Assembly (NCBI GenBank): GCA_950097015.1
Contig: CATNEN010000038.1
Location: forward strand, 24,986,001 to 25,050,000
Direction of reading: 5' to 3'
DNA from: Macrostomum hystrix
Lineage: Eukaryota; Animalia; Platyhelminthes
Length of the DNA stretch: 64,000 nucleotides
Positions 46,295 through 57,570 of this stretch are shown piece after piece. The position numbers and the translations under genes were made by a program. How positions within the stretch are numbered: position 1 is the first letter of the stretch; each line of letters starts with the position of its first letter. Under the pieces are notes generated by a model. It had not been told where the DNA came from. It saw only the letters and a list, made by a program, of their open reading frames with translations, and ran no database searches.

Positions 46295-48560
46295 CTAGCT
46301 TTTTTTGCCCGTTGTTTTTGGGGCAGAAATTTAAAGCAAAGCAGTAAGCAATTCACGTCTCTGTATTAACTTTATAGTGAAGGTCACCATTTATTTATTT
46401 ACTGCATTAATGAAAAGTGAAGAGTTTGTTTAAGGGCGTTTTAAGTAAAAAAGAAGTGAAAAGTTTGTCTAAACAGCCCCCTCTTGATTACTTCTTTAGA
46501 AACATGTCTCTTAGCCACTCCTCTATACAGTCAGTGGCAGATCCAGGAATTTTGTTTTGGGGCGGTCTGTCAGGGGAGCGCCATGAGAATCACAGAGGGG
46601 GTGCCAGCGGCCGAAAAAGGGCGCCAGGAGCCAAGAAAGGGCGCCAGCGGCTGAAAAACGGGAGCCAGCGGCTGAAAAAGGGGCGCCAGCGGCCGAAAAG
46701 GGGCGCCAGTGCTGCGACTGGCGCCCCTAGTGGGGGCATCTTATTCCCATGATTAAAATTTAGGGGCGCGACTGCCCCCCGCCCCCCCCTAAATCTGCCT
46801 CTGTATACAGTATGCATGTACACGCGTATACATAAGGAAAATAGCCATGGCATAACAATAACAATGTCAAAGAAACAAAATTAAACTGTTTCAGAGTTCA
46901 GAGTTAGACAGGTCAAGGTCAATTCGTGACTACTTTTCTATTAATTGCTTGCGAGTGACCTCAAGGCCTGGGGATACACCACATTCTTCGTTCTTCCCCT
47001 TGGTGCGAAAATGAATAGGCCAGCTGGAGTTCCAACACGGGAGCAGGCGACATAAAGCTGCCCATGCGAGAAGCAAGGAGTCTCCAGGTTGATGCCAGCC
47101 ACCTTCAGCGACTGTCCCTGAGCCTTGTTAATAGTCATCGCAAAGCACACTCTCACAGGGAACTGCAGTCGCTTGAACTGAAATGGCAGGTCCGTGGGGA
47201 TAATTGGAATCCGGGGAACGAACACAGACTCTCCTCTGCCAGATCCAGTCATTATCGTGGCCTCAATCACGTGTGGGAAGAGCCGCCTGACTATCAGTCT
47301 GGTGCCGTTACACAGCCTTGGCGCATTCAGGTTGCGGAGGAGCATAATTGGTGCCCCAACTTTCAGCTGCAAGTTGTGCGATGGAGTTCCAGGAGGATCT
47401 AGAGAGTTCAGAAACTCAACAGGATACTCCACAGCGGTGTCATCAGTCAACGTTGTATCAATTGACTTGTAGGTGAAAACTGCACCTGGCAACTCCTGAA
47501 GCAGTTGGTAGTTAATTTCGTTGGCGGCATCATTTCTAGGACACAGAATTGCCCTCTCTGACAGCCAGTCAACGTCAGCATATCGAACCATCAGGTTCGG
47601 GTAAACTTTTGCCTTGAGCTCCTGCACTGACTGCACAATGGTTCCGATTGTAGCGATCGATGACTGCCCATCCTCGGTGCTAATCTCCAGCAGACCATTG
47701 CCGATTCGCAATAGATTGGCAGAGAACTCATGAGCTGTTTCGTCTCCTTGAATTGTAGCTCTCATGTTTGTTCGTAGGTGCAACTTCACAACCGATGGCC
47801 ACAGGTGAGATGATTTTAGGCAAGCATTAATCTCATCAGCAGGAGTGCCACGCGGAATCACAGGCAGCGTCTGTCTAAAGTCTCCAGACAGCAGCAGAGT
47901 GACACCACCCATCAGTTGATCGCCAGCCTCTCTCTTTCTTCTATCCCAGGCTGGCTGGAGAGAAATATAGACCGGAGAGCCCTGCGCACTGGGACGCCAC
48001 CGCACTCACCGCACTCAGTCTCAGTGCTGCTTGGGGGCCAGTAGACAGTCTAGGGGTTTGGGCTGTGTACATTCACGTCTTAAAATACAATGTACAGTCT
48101 GGGGCTTCGGCGCCCGGGGAAGGGAGGGGGTGGCTGTAATAAAATTTGGCCCGCAGAGTGGCGGAGGGGAGTTGGGGTGGCTGTCCTCGGAAAACAAAAA
48201 GTGACTCACTTTGAGATGATGCAGCTTTGCTCTGGATTGAGTAGAGATGTTCAAAATTGACAGCATTGTTGGAAAACATGTAAAGTGTAAGTGGATCAAA
48301 TTTGGAGAAAATCTGACAAAGTGGGGCGACGATATGTCGAATTGAATTGAGACGATTTTTGAGCAGTTTTTTGCACTTTTGAGCAGGAAGGAAATGATTT
48401 TTCGGGAATTTGAGTAGCCTATTGCACTCAGCGTAGGTGGTTTTAGGTATGTGCAAAGTTTGGTGCAATTTGGTTGAGCGGTTTCGGCGTCTATAAAGAC
48501 AAAAGGTTGCACACAGACAGACAGACAGACAGACAGAGTTTTCACTTTTATATATATAGA
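46295..48560 (-). mobile_element. Non-autonomous Helitron (longest derivative) with nested hAT MITE 46532-46803
   Basis: Same TC/CTAG ends and hairpin as 10943-12967; A|T target in a TAA-rich tract. Confidence 0.95.
46941..47921 (-). pseudogene. Helitron PIF1-like helicase C-terminal portion
   Basis: GGVTLLLSGDFRQTLPVI, LRTNMR, LLRIGNG and downstream motifs; lacks the Walker A motif and Rep domain. Confidence 0.9.
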
Positions 48561-48563
48561 TTA

Positions 48564-50017
48564 CTAGCTTTTTTTGCCCGTTGTTTTTGGGGCAGAAATT
48601 TAAAGCAAAGCAGTAAGCAATTCACGTCTCTGTATTAACTTTATAGTGAAGGTCACCATTTATTTATTTACTGCATTAATGAAAGTAAAGAGTTTGTTTA
48701 AGGGCGTTTTAAGTAAAAAATAAGTGAAAAGTTTGTCCAAACAGCCCCCTCTTGATTACTTCTCTTGTCTCTTAGCCACTCCTCTATACAGTCAGTGGCA
48801 GATCCAGGAATTTTGTTTTGGGGCGGTCTGTCAGGGGAGCGCCATGAGAATCACAGAGGGGGTGCCAGCGGCCGAAAAAGGGCGCCAGGAGCCAAGAAAG
48901 GGCGCCAGCGGCTGAAAAACGGGAGCCAGCGGCTGAAAAAGGGGCGCCAGCGGCCGAAAAGAGGCGCCAGTGCTGCGACTGGCGCCCCTGGTGGGGGCAT
49001 CTTATTCCCATGATTAAAATTTAGGGGGGCGACTGCCCCCCGCCCCCCCCCCCTAAATCTGCCTCTGTATACAGTATGCATGTACACGCGTATACATAAG
49101 GAAAATAGCCATGGCATAACAATAACAATGTCAAAGAAACAAAATTAAACTGTTTCAGAGTTCAGAGTTAGACAGGTCAAGGTCAATTCGTGACTACTTT
49201 TCTATTAATTGCTTGCGAGTCACCTCAAGGCCTGGGGATACGCCACATTCTTCGTTCTTCCCCTTGGTGCGAAAATGAATAGGCCAGCTGGAGTTCCAAC
49301 ACGGGAGCAGGCGACATAAAGCCGCCCATGCGAGAAGCAAGGAGTCTCCAGGTTGATGCCAGCCACCTTCAGCGACTGTCCCTGAGCCTTGAGCCTAAAG
49401 ACAGAGTTTTCACTTTAGCTACAAAAAAAAGCCCTGCGCACTGGGACGCCACCGCACTCACCGCACTCAGTCTCAGTGCTGCTTGGGGGCCAGTAGACAG
49501 TCTAGGGGTTTGGGCTGTGTACATTCACGTCTTAAAATACAATGTACAGTCTGGGGCTTCGGCGCCCGGGGAAGGGAGGGGGTGGCTGTAATAAAATTTG
49601 GCCCGCAGAGTGGCGGAGGGGAGTTGGGGTGGCTGTCCTCGGAAAACAAAAAGTGACTCACTTTGAGATGATGCAGCTTTGCTCTGGATTGAGTAGAGAT
49701 GTTCAAAATTGACAGCATTGTTGGAAAACATGTAAAGTGTAAGTGGATCAAATTTGGAGAAAATCTGACAAAGTGGGGCGACGATATGTCGAATTGAGTG
49801 ATTTTTTGACGATTTTTGAGCAGTTTTTTGCACTTTTGAGCAGGAAGGAAATGATTTTTCGGGAATTTGAGTAGCCTATTGCACTCAGCGTAGGTGGTTT
49901 TAGGTATGTGCAAAGTTTGGTGCGATTTGGTTGAGCGGTTTCGGCGTCTATAAAGACAAAAGGTTGCACACAGACAGACAGACAGACAGACAGAGTTTTC
50001 ACTTTTATATATATAGA
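48564..50017 (-). mobile_element. Non-autonomous Helitron (shortest derivative), tandem with the previous copy; nested MITE 48793-49067
   Basis: Same termini; only 3 bp from the neighbouring copy. Confidence 0.95.
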
Positions 50018-50061
50018 TTATTATATATATTGTATACAGTCATTGAGACAAAATAAGTTAT

Positions 50062-50873
50062 TGTACCAGGGCTTACTTCCTTTTACTTAATTTTACTGAA
50101 TGCCACCAAAGTTGTACAGGTGGAAATTAATATTTCTACTACAGTTGACTCACATTAACTGGTGGACCTTAAAAAGGGCCGTTTTAACTTCTTAATTGGT
50201 AGCGTTTATATATGCACGAGCGGTAATTAGGCAACTGTATACTTTTCCAGCCGATTAGGCGTCCCCGAGATTTAGAGTTTAGCAGTTCCCTTCGATAATA
50301 TTCTTAGTATAACTTCTGAGTATAATTCTACTTATACTTCTCACTGCTATCTTCCTTTAAAATGAATAACACAATGCAAAGCTGTCGGAAATTTATCTTT
50401 TAAACACACTTAAAACTATATTTACAAACACCTCTTGAAAAACTACTTCAACTTTTAAACTCTTTAAACACTCTCCTGAAACACTTTAATACTCTTGTAC
50501 AAAGGCTTTCAGCTTTAACTCAACTCAACAATTTCAACTTTAACTCTAAAAACACACTTCGAAACACTCTTACAGACTCACTGAAACACTTCGAACACTT
50601 TCGAACTCTCTCGGACTCACTCCAGGTTATTTTTCCAGACCAAAAGTGCGGCTATTTATAGTGAGAAAAATTAACTTTTGTTTAAACGGGAGCATTTTAC
50701 ATAATATTATTTATAATACGCGATTTAAAACAAAATTATTTACATACAGTATTACTTTTGATACGGTACAAAGATAAACAAATTATTATTTTTTTTTTGG
50801 CGCATTTTTAATTTTATTTATTTTTATAATTTTTATAATAGAATAACGTATATACAAGAGGCTAACTATTACA
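50062..50873 (-). repeat. 3' LTR (812 bp)
   Basis: Near-identical to 57571-58381. Confidence 0.97.
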
Positions 50874-50887
50874 ACTTTCCCTCTCTA
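50874..50887 (-). promoter_or_regulatory. Polypurine tract
   Basis: AGAGAGGGAAAGT immediately upstream of the 3' LTR. Confidence 0.85.
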
Positions 50888-50935
50888 AACAAAGAAATTT
50901 GAACGAAAAACAGAAAAAGAGTGAAAATTTCTTTT

Positions 50936-51604
50936 CTAAAAAGTACAGTTGTTCGGCAAGTCTTTAAAGTAGGGGAAATTTACTTGATTGAACAACCAGC
51001 GAAACTCGATATTCACCAATTGTCGTTGAAAAGTCCTCGAGTCGGCTTGCCGCAGGCGCTGTAGTTCTCGTCCGATTGCGGCGTAGAGGATTACAACCTC
51101 CGGCTGTGCCATCAGCTCTTTTAGCGCCCTTACCGCCGCCCATACTTGTGCTCGTTGGGGCAAGGCCTCGTCCAGCCTTAGGTAGGCTACTCTTGTTAAG
51201 TAGCGCAGAATGGCGAAGCGGAGCCGTTCGGCATGCTCCCCGTACTTCACCATCAATTCTTGATATGTCAGTTCGGTTGATGGCGGTGGCGGAGGCGGCG
51301 GCAGTGCTTCGGCAGCGGGTTGACCATGCTTAGCCGCCGGCGCAATGACGATTTGGCACGTGCTTCTGGTACCCGGCGTATTCTTAGCGTGCCTCTCGAC
51401 TGGTGATACCGCCTGGGCCGCCATTACGTCTGCTCTCCTCTTGTGGGGGTCCAGCTGTCGCACCTTAGTTGGCGAAGAAGTTCGCGGCCGCTTTCCTGCT
51501 ACCGGTTGAGGCCTCGTCGGTTGTCGCTCTGGTGCTGATATTTCGGCGTCAAGATCCACTTCAGGTTCTAGAGATCGCAGTAATTCGTCCAGCTCGTTGT
51601 CCAT
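50936..51604 (-). CDS. Accessory ORF3 of the Gypsy element, unknown function, not env-like
   Basis: ATG at 51604, 222 codons, no signal peptide or TM; CCAAT (51741-45) and TATA (51668-74) upstream. Confidence 0.7.
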   Translation of the reverse strand: MDNELDELLRSLEPEVDLDAEISAPERQPTRPQPVAGKRPRTSSPTKVRQLDPHKRRADVMAAQAVSPVERHAKNTPGTRSTCQIVIAPAAKHGQPAAEALPPPPPPPSTELTYQELMVKYGEHAERLRFAILRYLTRVAYLRLDEALPQRAQVWAAVRALKELMAQPEVVILYAAIGRELQRLRQADSRTFQRQLVNIEFRWLFNQVNFPYFKDLPNNCTF

Positions 51605-52010
51605 TTCTCTGCGCAAATTAGCTTTCCTTCTCAAAATTGTTGCTCCTAGATGCTGACCCTCCCTTCATTATATAGGCTTTGGGGGTTGGCTAAAAACGAA
51701 ATAATCATGGATACTGTTGTCAAGTCCTAACTCGCTTGCTATTGGCTGGCGCGGGAGGTGGGGTTAGGCAGACTCACGGCTGTGTGGCGTGGGCCGGGAG
51801 AAAAGTGGCTGAACATAGTTTGAGCATAGTGAGCATAGCAAAATTTTCCTTTCTTTATAAAACCTTTAAATTTCAATTTTAATCTTCAAGCAAAATGTTT
51901 TTGGAAAGCTGGCATCAAAACGAATACATTGGTTTTTAAATTTTTCAAATATCATATGCCGTTCTCATTTTATTGACTGGCGGCACTAAAAAGGGCCGTT
52001 TAACTATTTT

Positions 52011-55000
52011 CTACTGTCCATTATTCATTCTCTCGTAGTTAATCGCATTGTTACGTGGTCTAAGATTATATCTTGCTTCAGGAACTTGGTCCTCTTCATA
52101 CTGCTCAGCTTCTTGTTCGATTGGTTCATCTTCTTCAGCTTCTTCTTGAATTTCTTCCTCAATTTCTTCTTCTATTACACTCTCAATTTCTTCTTCTTCA
52201 GATTCTTCAATGTCTTCAGGCTCTCTTATTCTCCACTGTAATCTTCTTTCATCTTCTTCTTCTTCTTCTTTTTCTTCTTCTTCTATCACAATTTCTTCTG
52301 TTCTCTTCTTCTCCTTGACTTTTGTCTTCTGCTTACTAATCTTCCCTCTCTTAATTTTTGGCTCTGTCTTTTCTTCTTGTTGTTCTTCTGGAATTTCTCT
52401 CTCAGAGTTCGGGACTGGTGTGAGGTTGTTTCGGTGAACCAACATTTTCTCACCTGTTCTCGTTCCTTCAATTTCCTTCTGCACTCGGAAAACTGTGTCA
52501 CTCATCTGCGCTAATACTCGGTATGCTGCGCGCTTTTTGCGATGGAATTTGTTGCTTTCATCGACATGCAATTGTGGGTTGTTGATTAGAGCTAAGCATC
52601 CTACTGGGATAATCTTAGGCTGTTTACTCTCAGCAGAGATTTCTTCTCGTTTGTCTCGAATTTTCTCTAACTTCTTCTGAACTATTCCTCTGACTTCTTC
52701 GAGTCGCTTCGCATGATCAGCTACATAGCTCGGATAATCACTGTACTGCTTCGGCTTCTTAATAATGTTATCAATGGGCAAATCTGCTTCTCGGCCAAAC
52801 AGTAAGTAATGTGGAGTGAATCCAGTAGTCTGGTTCACACTTGTTCTGACAGCTACTAGTGCGGCTGGGATTAGCAAATCCCAATCAGAGTGATCTTTCT
52901 CCACTAGACAGGTAATGATTGACTTGATTTGTCTATTAAATCTCTCGACCAGTCCGTTACTTTGTGCATGATAAGGCGTTGTGCAGGTATGTTTGATTCC
53001 ATACAGAGCACAAAATGCCTGAAACTGCCTACTCACGAATGTCTTACCATTATCGGTATGTATCCACTGACACTGGCCGTATTCACTAAAAATTCTCTCT
53101 TGGATCAGCTTAATGACGGTGTCGGACTTTTGATTCCGAATTGGGAAAGCGAACGGGAACTTAGTGGTACTATCCACAACAGTGAGTACATAACGGTATC
53201 CTCGCTTACTTTCTTTGGAGATTGGGCCGATAATGTCAATGTGCAGCCGGTGAAATGGTTCGCAGATTGGGAACGTCTGTACCGGCGCTTGCACTTTACT
53301 GCCGACCTTACTCTCTAGACACGGAATACACTCCGAAATATATCGCTCAATAGAGGTCACCAATCCTGGTTTCCAAAACCTCTCACGAACACGCTGAATG
53401 GTTTTATCACGCCCTAGATGACCTGCGAGAGGACTGTCGTGCAATTCTTTTAGCACATCCTTCTCAATAGCCTCTGGCAAAACCACTTTCCTTTTTCCGT
53501 CTTCTTCAATCACCAGCATTTCATCTTCGATTCTCATGTGTTCATAAAACTTCGCCATTTTCTTCAATTCTTTACTCGCGTTCTCAGGTACTTTTGGCTC
53601 TCGGACATCTTGTTCCTTCCAATCTATCAGTGTCCTTATAGAGGGATCTTCATGTTGAGCTGTTGTCAACTGTTCCTTCTTTAACGGGACATTGAGATAG
53701 TCGGTTAGAAGTTTCCGACACACGGCCTCATTATGTAATTCTTCCTCAAAATAGTCTCTAGCATCTTCATATTCTTCATAATCATCGTCTTCTTCGTCTG
53801 AGGACTCAATTTCTCTAGTCAGGGAAGTTTGACAGCTCTGATGCACGAGGCTTGGGCTGCATTGAGACTGTTGTTCTGACATTTCTTCTCTTGAATTAAC
53901 TGACTGGTTTCGATTCACTGTAATGGCAGGAGGCTCAGCTTCTACCTGTGGTTCTTCCTTCTGGACCTTTTCTTCGTTGGACTTTTCCGGTGGTCTTCTA
54001 GATAGGCTGTCTGCATTTCCATGCTTTGCTCCACTTCTATGCTCAATATCATATTGGAATTCGCTCAATCTCTCAATCCATCTTCCTAAGATTCCTTGCG
54101 CCTCGGTTTGTCTCAGCAACCATAAGATTGCCTTATGATCTGTGCGAGCCAGAAACCGTTTGCCTATTAGGTAGAACCTGAAATGCTTCATCCCGTCTAC
54201 TAGTGCAAGCAATTCCTTCCTTGTAATCGGGTATCTCTTTTCAGATTCCTTCATCGCTCTGCTAAAATATGCTATGGGCCTTTCAACTCCATCAGATTGA
54301 ATCTGACCTAGGCAGGCGCCAATTCTTCCATCGCTAGCATCTGTATCAAGCACCATTCTTACATTTTCATCATCCGTGAACTCAGGATATGCCAGTACTT
54401 CAGTGGAAGTCATCTTCCTTTTGAGTAGCTCAAAAGCTTCATCATGTTTTTTAGTCCACTTTTCCTTAAAGTTCTGGATTCCTTTCTTGGTTAACTGGAA
54501 TAGCGGATTCGCTGCTTCGGCATAGTTCCGAACAAATCTACAATAGTAGTTACATAGTCCGAGAAAACTTCTTAGCTCCTTGACATCCTGTGGTGTTGGC
54601 CAGGTCTGGATTGCCTCTATTTTGGCAGGATCGGTACTTATTCCTTCTCTTCCAACAACATGACCTAGGTATTTCAATTCCTTTTGAAACAGATTACACT
54701 TCTTAGGTCTCAGCTTCAGTCCAGCAGTTGATAGTCTTTGAAATACTTCTCGTAGGTGGCTCATATGATCTTCAAATTCCTTTGAATAAGTGACAATGTC
54801 ATCAATGTAGGACATAGCGTACTTGTGCTGGATACCCATTAACACTAGGTTCATCAGTCTCTGGAATGTTCCTGGGGCATTTGATAAGCCCTGAGCCATC
54901 ACTTGATATTCAAACTGTCCTCGAGTCAAGGTGGAGAAGGCTGTTATGAACTTATGTTCCTCCTTGATGGGTACCTGCCAGTAACCGGAGTTCAAGTCTA

Positions 55001-56537
55001 GGCTGCTGAAGTAGTTGCTTCCAGTCAGATGCGAGAAAGTCTCTTGTATATTCGGCAATGGGTATGGATAGTAGTTGACACGAGAATTCAACACTCGAAA
55101 GTCACTAACAATCCTGATAGTTCCATCTTTCTTTGGCACTATCACCAATGGTGTCGAGTATGTACTATAACAAGGTCTTATTAAATTCTTTACAAGCATG
55201 TCATCAAGCTGTTCGTCTACTTGCTTCTGTAGATGTGGTGGAATTCTGCGGGTTGGAATCCTGACCGGAGTAGCATCTTTTAATGAGATCTCATGGGTTA
55301 CCAGGTGGGTCAGACCCATGTCTTGATTAGTCTGAGAGAAGGCTGATCTATTCTCCTTTACTAACTCAACTACTCTTGCTCTTTGCTCTGCTGTTAGCTC
55401 TTCACTGATGTTAATCTCTTTGATCAATTCATCATCCTCCTCAGCTTCATTGCTTTTTACTGTCTTGATTCCTCCATCAGTCTTTGCATTAGGTAATTTT
55501 TCCTCTTTCTGACTATTCAGGTAAACCAGATCTTTTACTTTTAATGGCTTTGCGACTCCAATGAAAGTTGACTTGGATAAGCGAACATCGTTACTTTGCT
55601 GATTGATTACTTCCACTACACCTTCTCCGTTCGTCATTGTTACAAGAGTCGGACTTATTTCCAGACTACCTTCTTTTGTGATTATACTTCCTCCGGATCG
55701 CTCAATTACCATAGGTGTGCCATGATTTGCTTCATTATTTCTGGCCAATTTTACAGGTATTCTCAATGCACTATTAGCTGGTATAATAATTCTTTCTTGG
55801 CAATATACTCGGCAGACTCTGACTGGTAGCTTAGTGAATCGAATAGGAAGGCAGATTCCATCCTTCATCACTAACATTCCTTTTGTGAAGCTGACATTCT
55901 CGCAATGATTCATAAAAAACTCCATGCCTAGGATATCATCACAGTCGTGACTGCACAGCAAAAACTCTGTCTCGATTTCAACATCTCCAAATCTGACCTT
56001 TGTCGTAATTTCACCTTCAATTCTGACTTTCGATCCATCAAATGTGGTTACTCTTCTATCTGACGGCTCAATCTCATGACTTTTGAACATCTTTTTCCAT
56101 GAACATTTACTAAGAAAATTATGACCGGCTCCAGTATCTAACAAGAAATCAACTTTCTGTTTCCGAATCTCTCCACTCACAACAGCTTCACGTCCTTTCT
56201 TGATCGGTTCTTTATATTCACTGGTCTCTGGGGTAATTTCGGCATGTACCTCTGTACTTTTAATCTTCTCATTCAAGTTTCCACGCGTAGGTGCATAATC
56301 GCATTTAGGTGCAAGCGGCTTATTTACAGTGGGTGCATTAGGTGCATAATAATTCGCATGACTATTTACACTCTTCTTTGGCAAATAAAACTTATTATAC
56401 TCGTCACTTCGCTTATGTACAAACTTCTTCTGATTAACCTTATACGCATTATTTACAAATTCAGAGGCCTGAGCTTCGTACTTTCTATTTCTTGAGGGGC
56501 GTGGCCTCGCAGTTCGACCCTCGGCAATCAGTTTCCC
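52011..56537 (-). CDS. pol: Pol polyprotein (protease, RT, RNase H, integrase), reached by -1 frameshift from gag
   Basis: LLDTGA, YIDD, LDTDAS, integrase HHCC plus HIDIIGP/TDNG/NGLVERFN; frame open back to the slippery site. Confidence 0.96.
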   Translation of the reverse strand, partial: GKLIAEGRTARPRPSRNRKYEAQASEFVNNAYKVNQKKFVHKRSDEYNKFYLPKKSVNSHANYYAPNAPTVNKPLAPKCDYAPTRGNLNEKIKSTEVHAEITPETSEYKEPIKKGREAVVSGEIRKQKVDFLLDTGAGHNFLSKCSWKKMFKSHEIEPSDRRVTTFDGSKVRIEGEITTKVRFGDVEIETEFLLCSHDCDDILGMEFFMNHCENVSFTKGMLVMKDGICLPIRFTKLPVRVCRVYCQERIIIPANSALRIPVKLARNNEANHGTPMVIERSGGSIITKEGSLEISPTLVTMTNGEGVVEVINQQSNDVRLSKSTFIGVAKPLKVKDLVYLNSQKEEKLPNAKTDGGIKTVKSNEAEEDDELIKEINISEELTAEQRARVVELVKENRSAFSQTNQDMGLTHLVTHEISLKDATPVRIPTRRIPPHLQKQVDEQLDDMLVKNLIRPCYSTYSTPLVIVPKKDGTIRIVSDFRVLNSRVNYYPYPLPNIQETFSHLTGSNYFSSLDLNSGYWQVPIKEEHKFITAFSTLTRGQFEYQVMAQGLSNAPGTFQRLMNLVLMGIQHKYAMSYIDDIVTYSKEFEDHMSHLREVFQRLSTAGLKLRPKKCNLFQKELKYLGHVVGREGISTDPAKIEAIQTWPTPQDVKELRSFLGLCNYYCRFVRNYAEAANPLFQLTKKGIQNFKEKWTKKHDEAFELLKRKMTSTEVLAYPEFTDDENVRMVLDTDASDGRIGACLGQIQSDGVERPIAYFSRAMKESEKRYPITRKELLALVDGMKHFRFYLIGKRFLARTDHKAILWLLRQTEAQGILGRWIERLSEFQYDIEHRSGAKHGNADSLSRRPPEKSNEEKVQKEEPQVEAEPPAITVNRNQSVNSREEMSEQQSQCSPSLVHQSCQTSLTREIESSDEEDDDYEEYEDARDYFEEELHNEAVCRKLLTDYLNVPLKKEQLTTAQHEDPSIRTLIDWKEQDVREPKVPENASKELKKMAKFYEHMRIEDEMLVIEEDGKRKVVLPEAIEKDVLKELHDSPLAGHLGRDKTIQRVRERFWKPGLVTSIERYISECIPCLESKVGSKVQAPVQTFPICEPFHRLHIDIIGPISKESKRGYRYVLTVVDSTTKFPFAFPIRNQKSDTVIKLIQERIFSEYGQCQWIHTDNGKTFVSRQFQAFCALYGIKHTCTTPYHAQSNGLVERFNRQIKSIITCLVEKDHSDWDLLIPAALVAVRTSVNQTTGFTPHYLLFGREADLPIDNIIKKPKQYSDYPSYVADHAKRLEEVRGIVQKKLEKIRDKREEISAESKQPKIIPVGCLALINNPQLHVDESNKFHRKKRAAYRVLAQMSDTVFRVQKEIEGTRTGEKMLVHRNNLTPVPNSEREIPEEQQEEKTEPKIKRGKISKQKTKVKEKKRTEEIVIEEEEKEEEEEDERRLQWRIREPEDIEESEEEEIESVIEEEIEEEIQEEAEEDEPIEQEAEQYEEDQVPEARYNLRPRNNAINYERMNNGQ

Positions 56538-57523
56538 TGCGCCCGATAGCGCGGTTGTCTGGACTCTTGACAGAATCTGGCCATATGACCTGGCTTTCCA
56601 CAGTTGAAACAGGTTCTGGGTTGCTGCTGTTGCTGCATCATTGGCTGTGGCCTGTTGTTATTACGAAATCCTGCCTGCTGTTGCTGGCTAGGCGGGGGTT
56701 GGGCTCTGACAGCCTGGGCGTACGTCTGACGCTGTGGATTCTGTAGAAACTGCTGCTGCTGTTGCATTTGCTGTTGCTGATAGCCATCTTTCTTCTCTGT
56801 TAGTTCTTGTAGCATTTTCCGCTGCTGAGCCAGCTCCATCATCTGTTTCCTCACCAGTTCTTCCAACCTTTCCCGAGCAAGCTTCTCTTGCTGGTTATCC
56901 TCATCTTCCTTGGCCATTCTTACACCAGAATTATTTCTGTGTGACATACACCAGGCAGCCTCTATGCGCCTGAGAATTCTCTTCGCATCCTGCAGATTCG
57001 CTGGCTGGGCGAAAATCAGCTTTTCTCTGGTTTCTGTCGGAACCTTGGCTCCCCTAATAAACTGCTCTACCAGCTCTTCTTCTCGCTGTTCTATCGTCAT
57101 ATTAGGAAATGCCCTTGCGGCTAATTCAATCAAGCAATCGGAAAATGCTTCAGCAGATTCATTTCTTCCTTGCATCCTTCCTCGAAATTCCTCTCGACAT
57201 TCCGCAGAACTGCCAGTTCTTCCAAATCGCTCAATAAGTCTGTCTTTGAACTCTTGATATTCTAGATCTTCAGGAAGGCTCATTCGTTGAACTGCAGCGA
57301 AGGCCGTTGATAAGTCCAGATTGGCAAGCACTTCCTGCTTCCTGTTTTCTTCCGGAAAATCATCTGCATCACATCGGAGATCAAATGCCAGCAGCCACAT
57401 CCTGATGTCTTGTCCTGGCTTAAATTTCTCAATTTTCACATGGCGCGTTGGCCCGATTTCGAGTCTGTTTCTCAGTTCCTCGGCTAACATAGCCATTAAA
57501 TCTTGAGCTTGTGCCTGATTCAT
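56528..57523 (-). CDS. gag: Gag with CCHC zinc knuckle
   Basis: CFNCGKPGHMARFC; QGRNESAEAF capsid-like motif. Confidence 0.95.
   Translation of the reverse strand: MNQAQAQDLMAMLAEELRNRLEIGPTRHVKIEKFKPGQDIRMWLLAFDLRCDADDFPEENRKQEVLANLDLSTAFAAVQRMSLPEDLEYQEFKDRLIERFGRTGSSAECREEFRGRMQGRNESAEAFSDCLIELAARAFPNMTIEQREEELVEQFIRGAKVPTETREKLIFAQPANLQDAKRILRRIEAAWCMSHRNNSGVRMAKEDEDNQQEKLARERLEELVRKQMMELAQQRKMLQELTEKKDGYQQQQMQQQQQFLQNPQRQTYAQAVRAQPPPSQQQQAGFRNNNRPQPMMQQQQQPRTCFNCGKPGHMARFCQESRQPRYRAQGN
56531..56537 (-). other. -1 ribosomal frameshift slippery heptamer G GGA AAC
   Basis: X XXY YYZ in the gag frame directly before the stop; the -1 frame is continuous with pol. Confidence 0.88.
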
Positions 57524-57554
57524 CTTGCTTTAATCGCTGCTTCTCTAATCCTTT

Positions 57555-57566
57555 CCGCTGCCACCA
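57555..57566 (-). promoter_or_regulatory. Primer binding site TGGTGGCAGCGG (tRNA-Leu type)
   Basis: 4 nt downstream of the 5' LTR; complementary to a ...CCGCUGCCACCA tRNA 3' end. Confidence 0.8.
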
Positions 57567-57570
57567 AAGT

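Noticed and set aside
46941-48005. 354-aa ORF as a functional host PIF1 gene
   Set aside because: Inside Helitron termini, lacks the N-terminal helicase motifs, and has a non-ATG start
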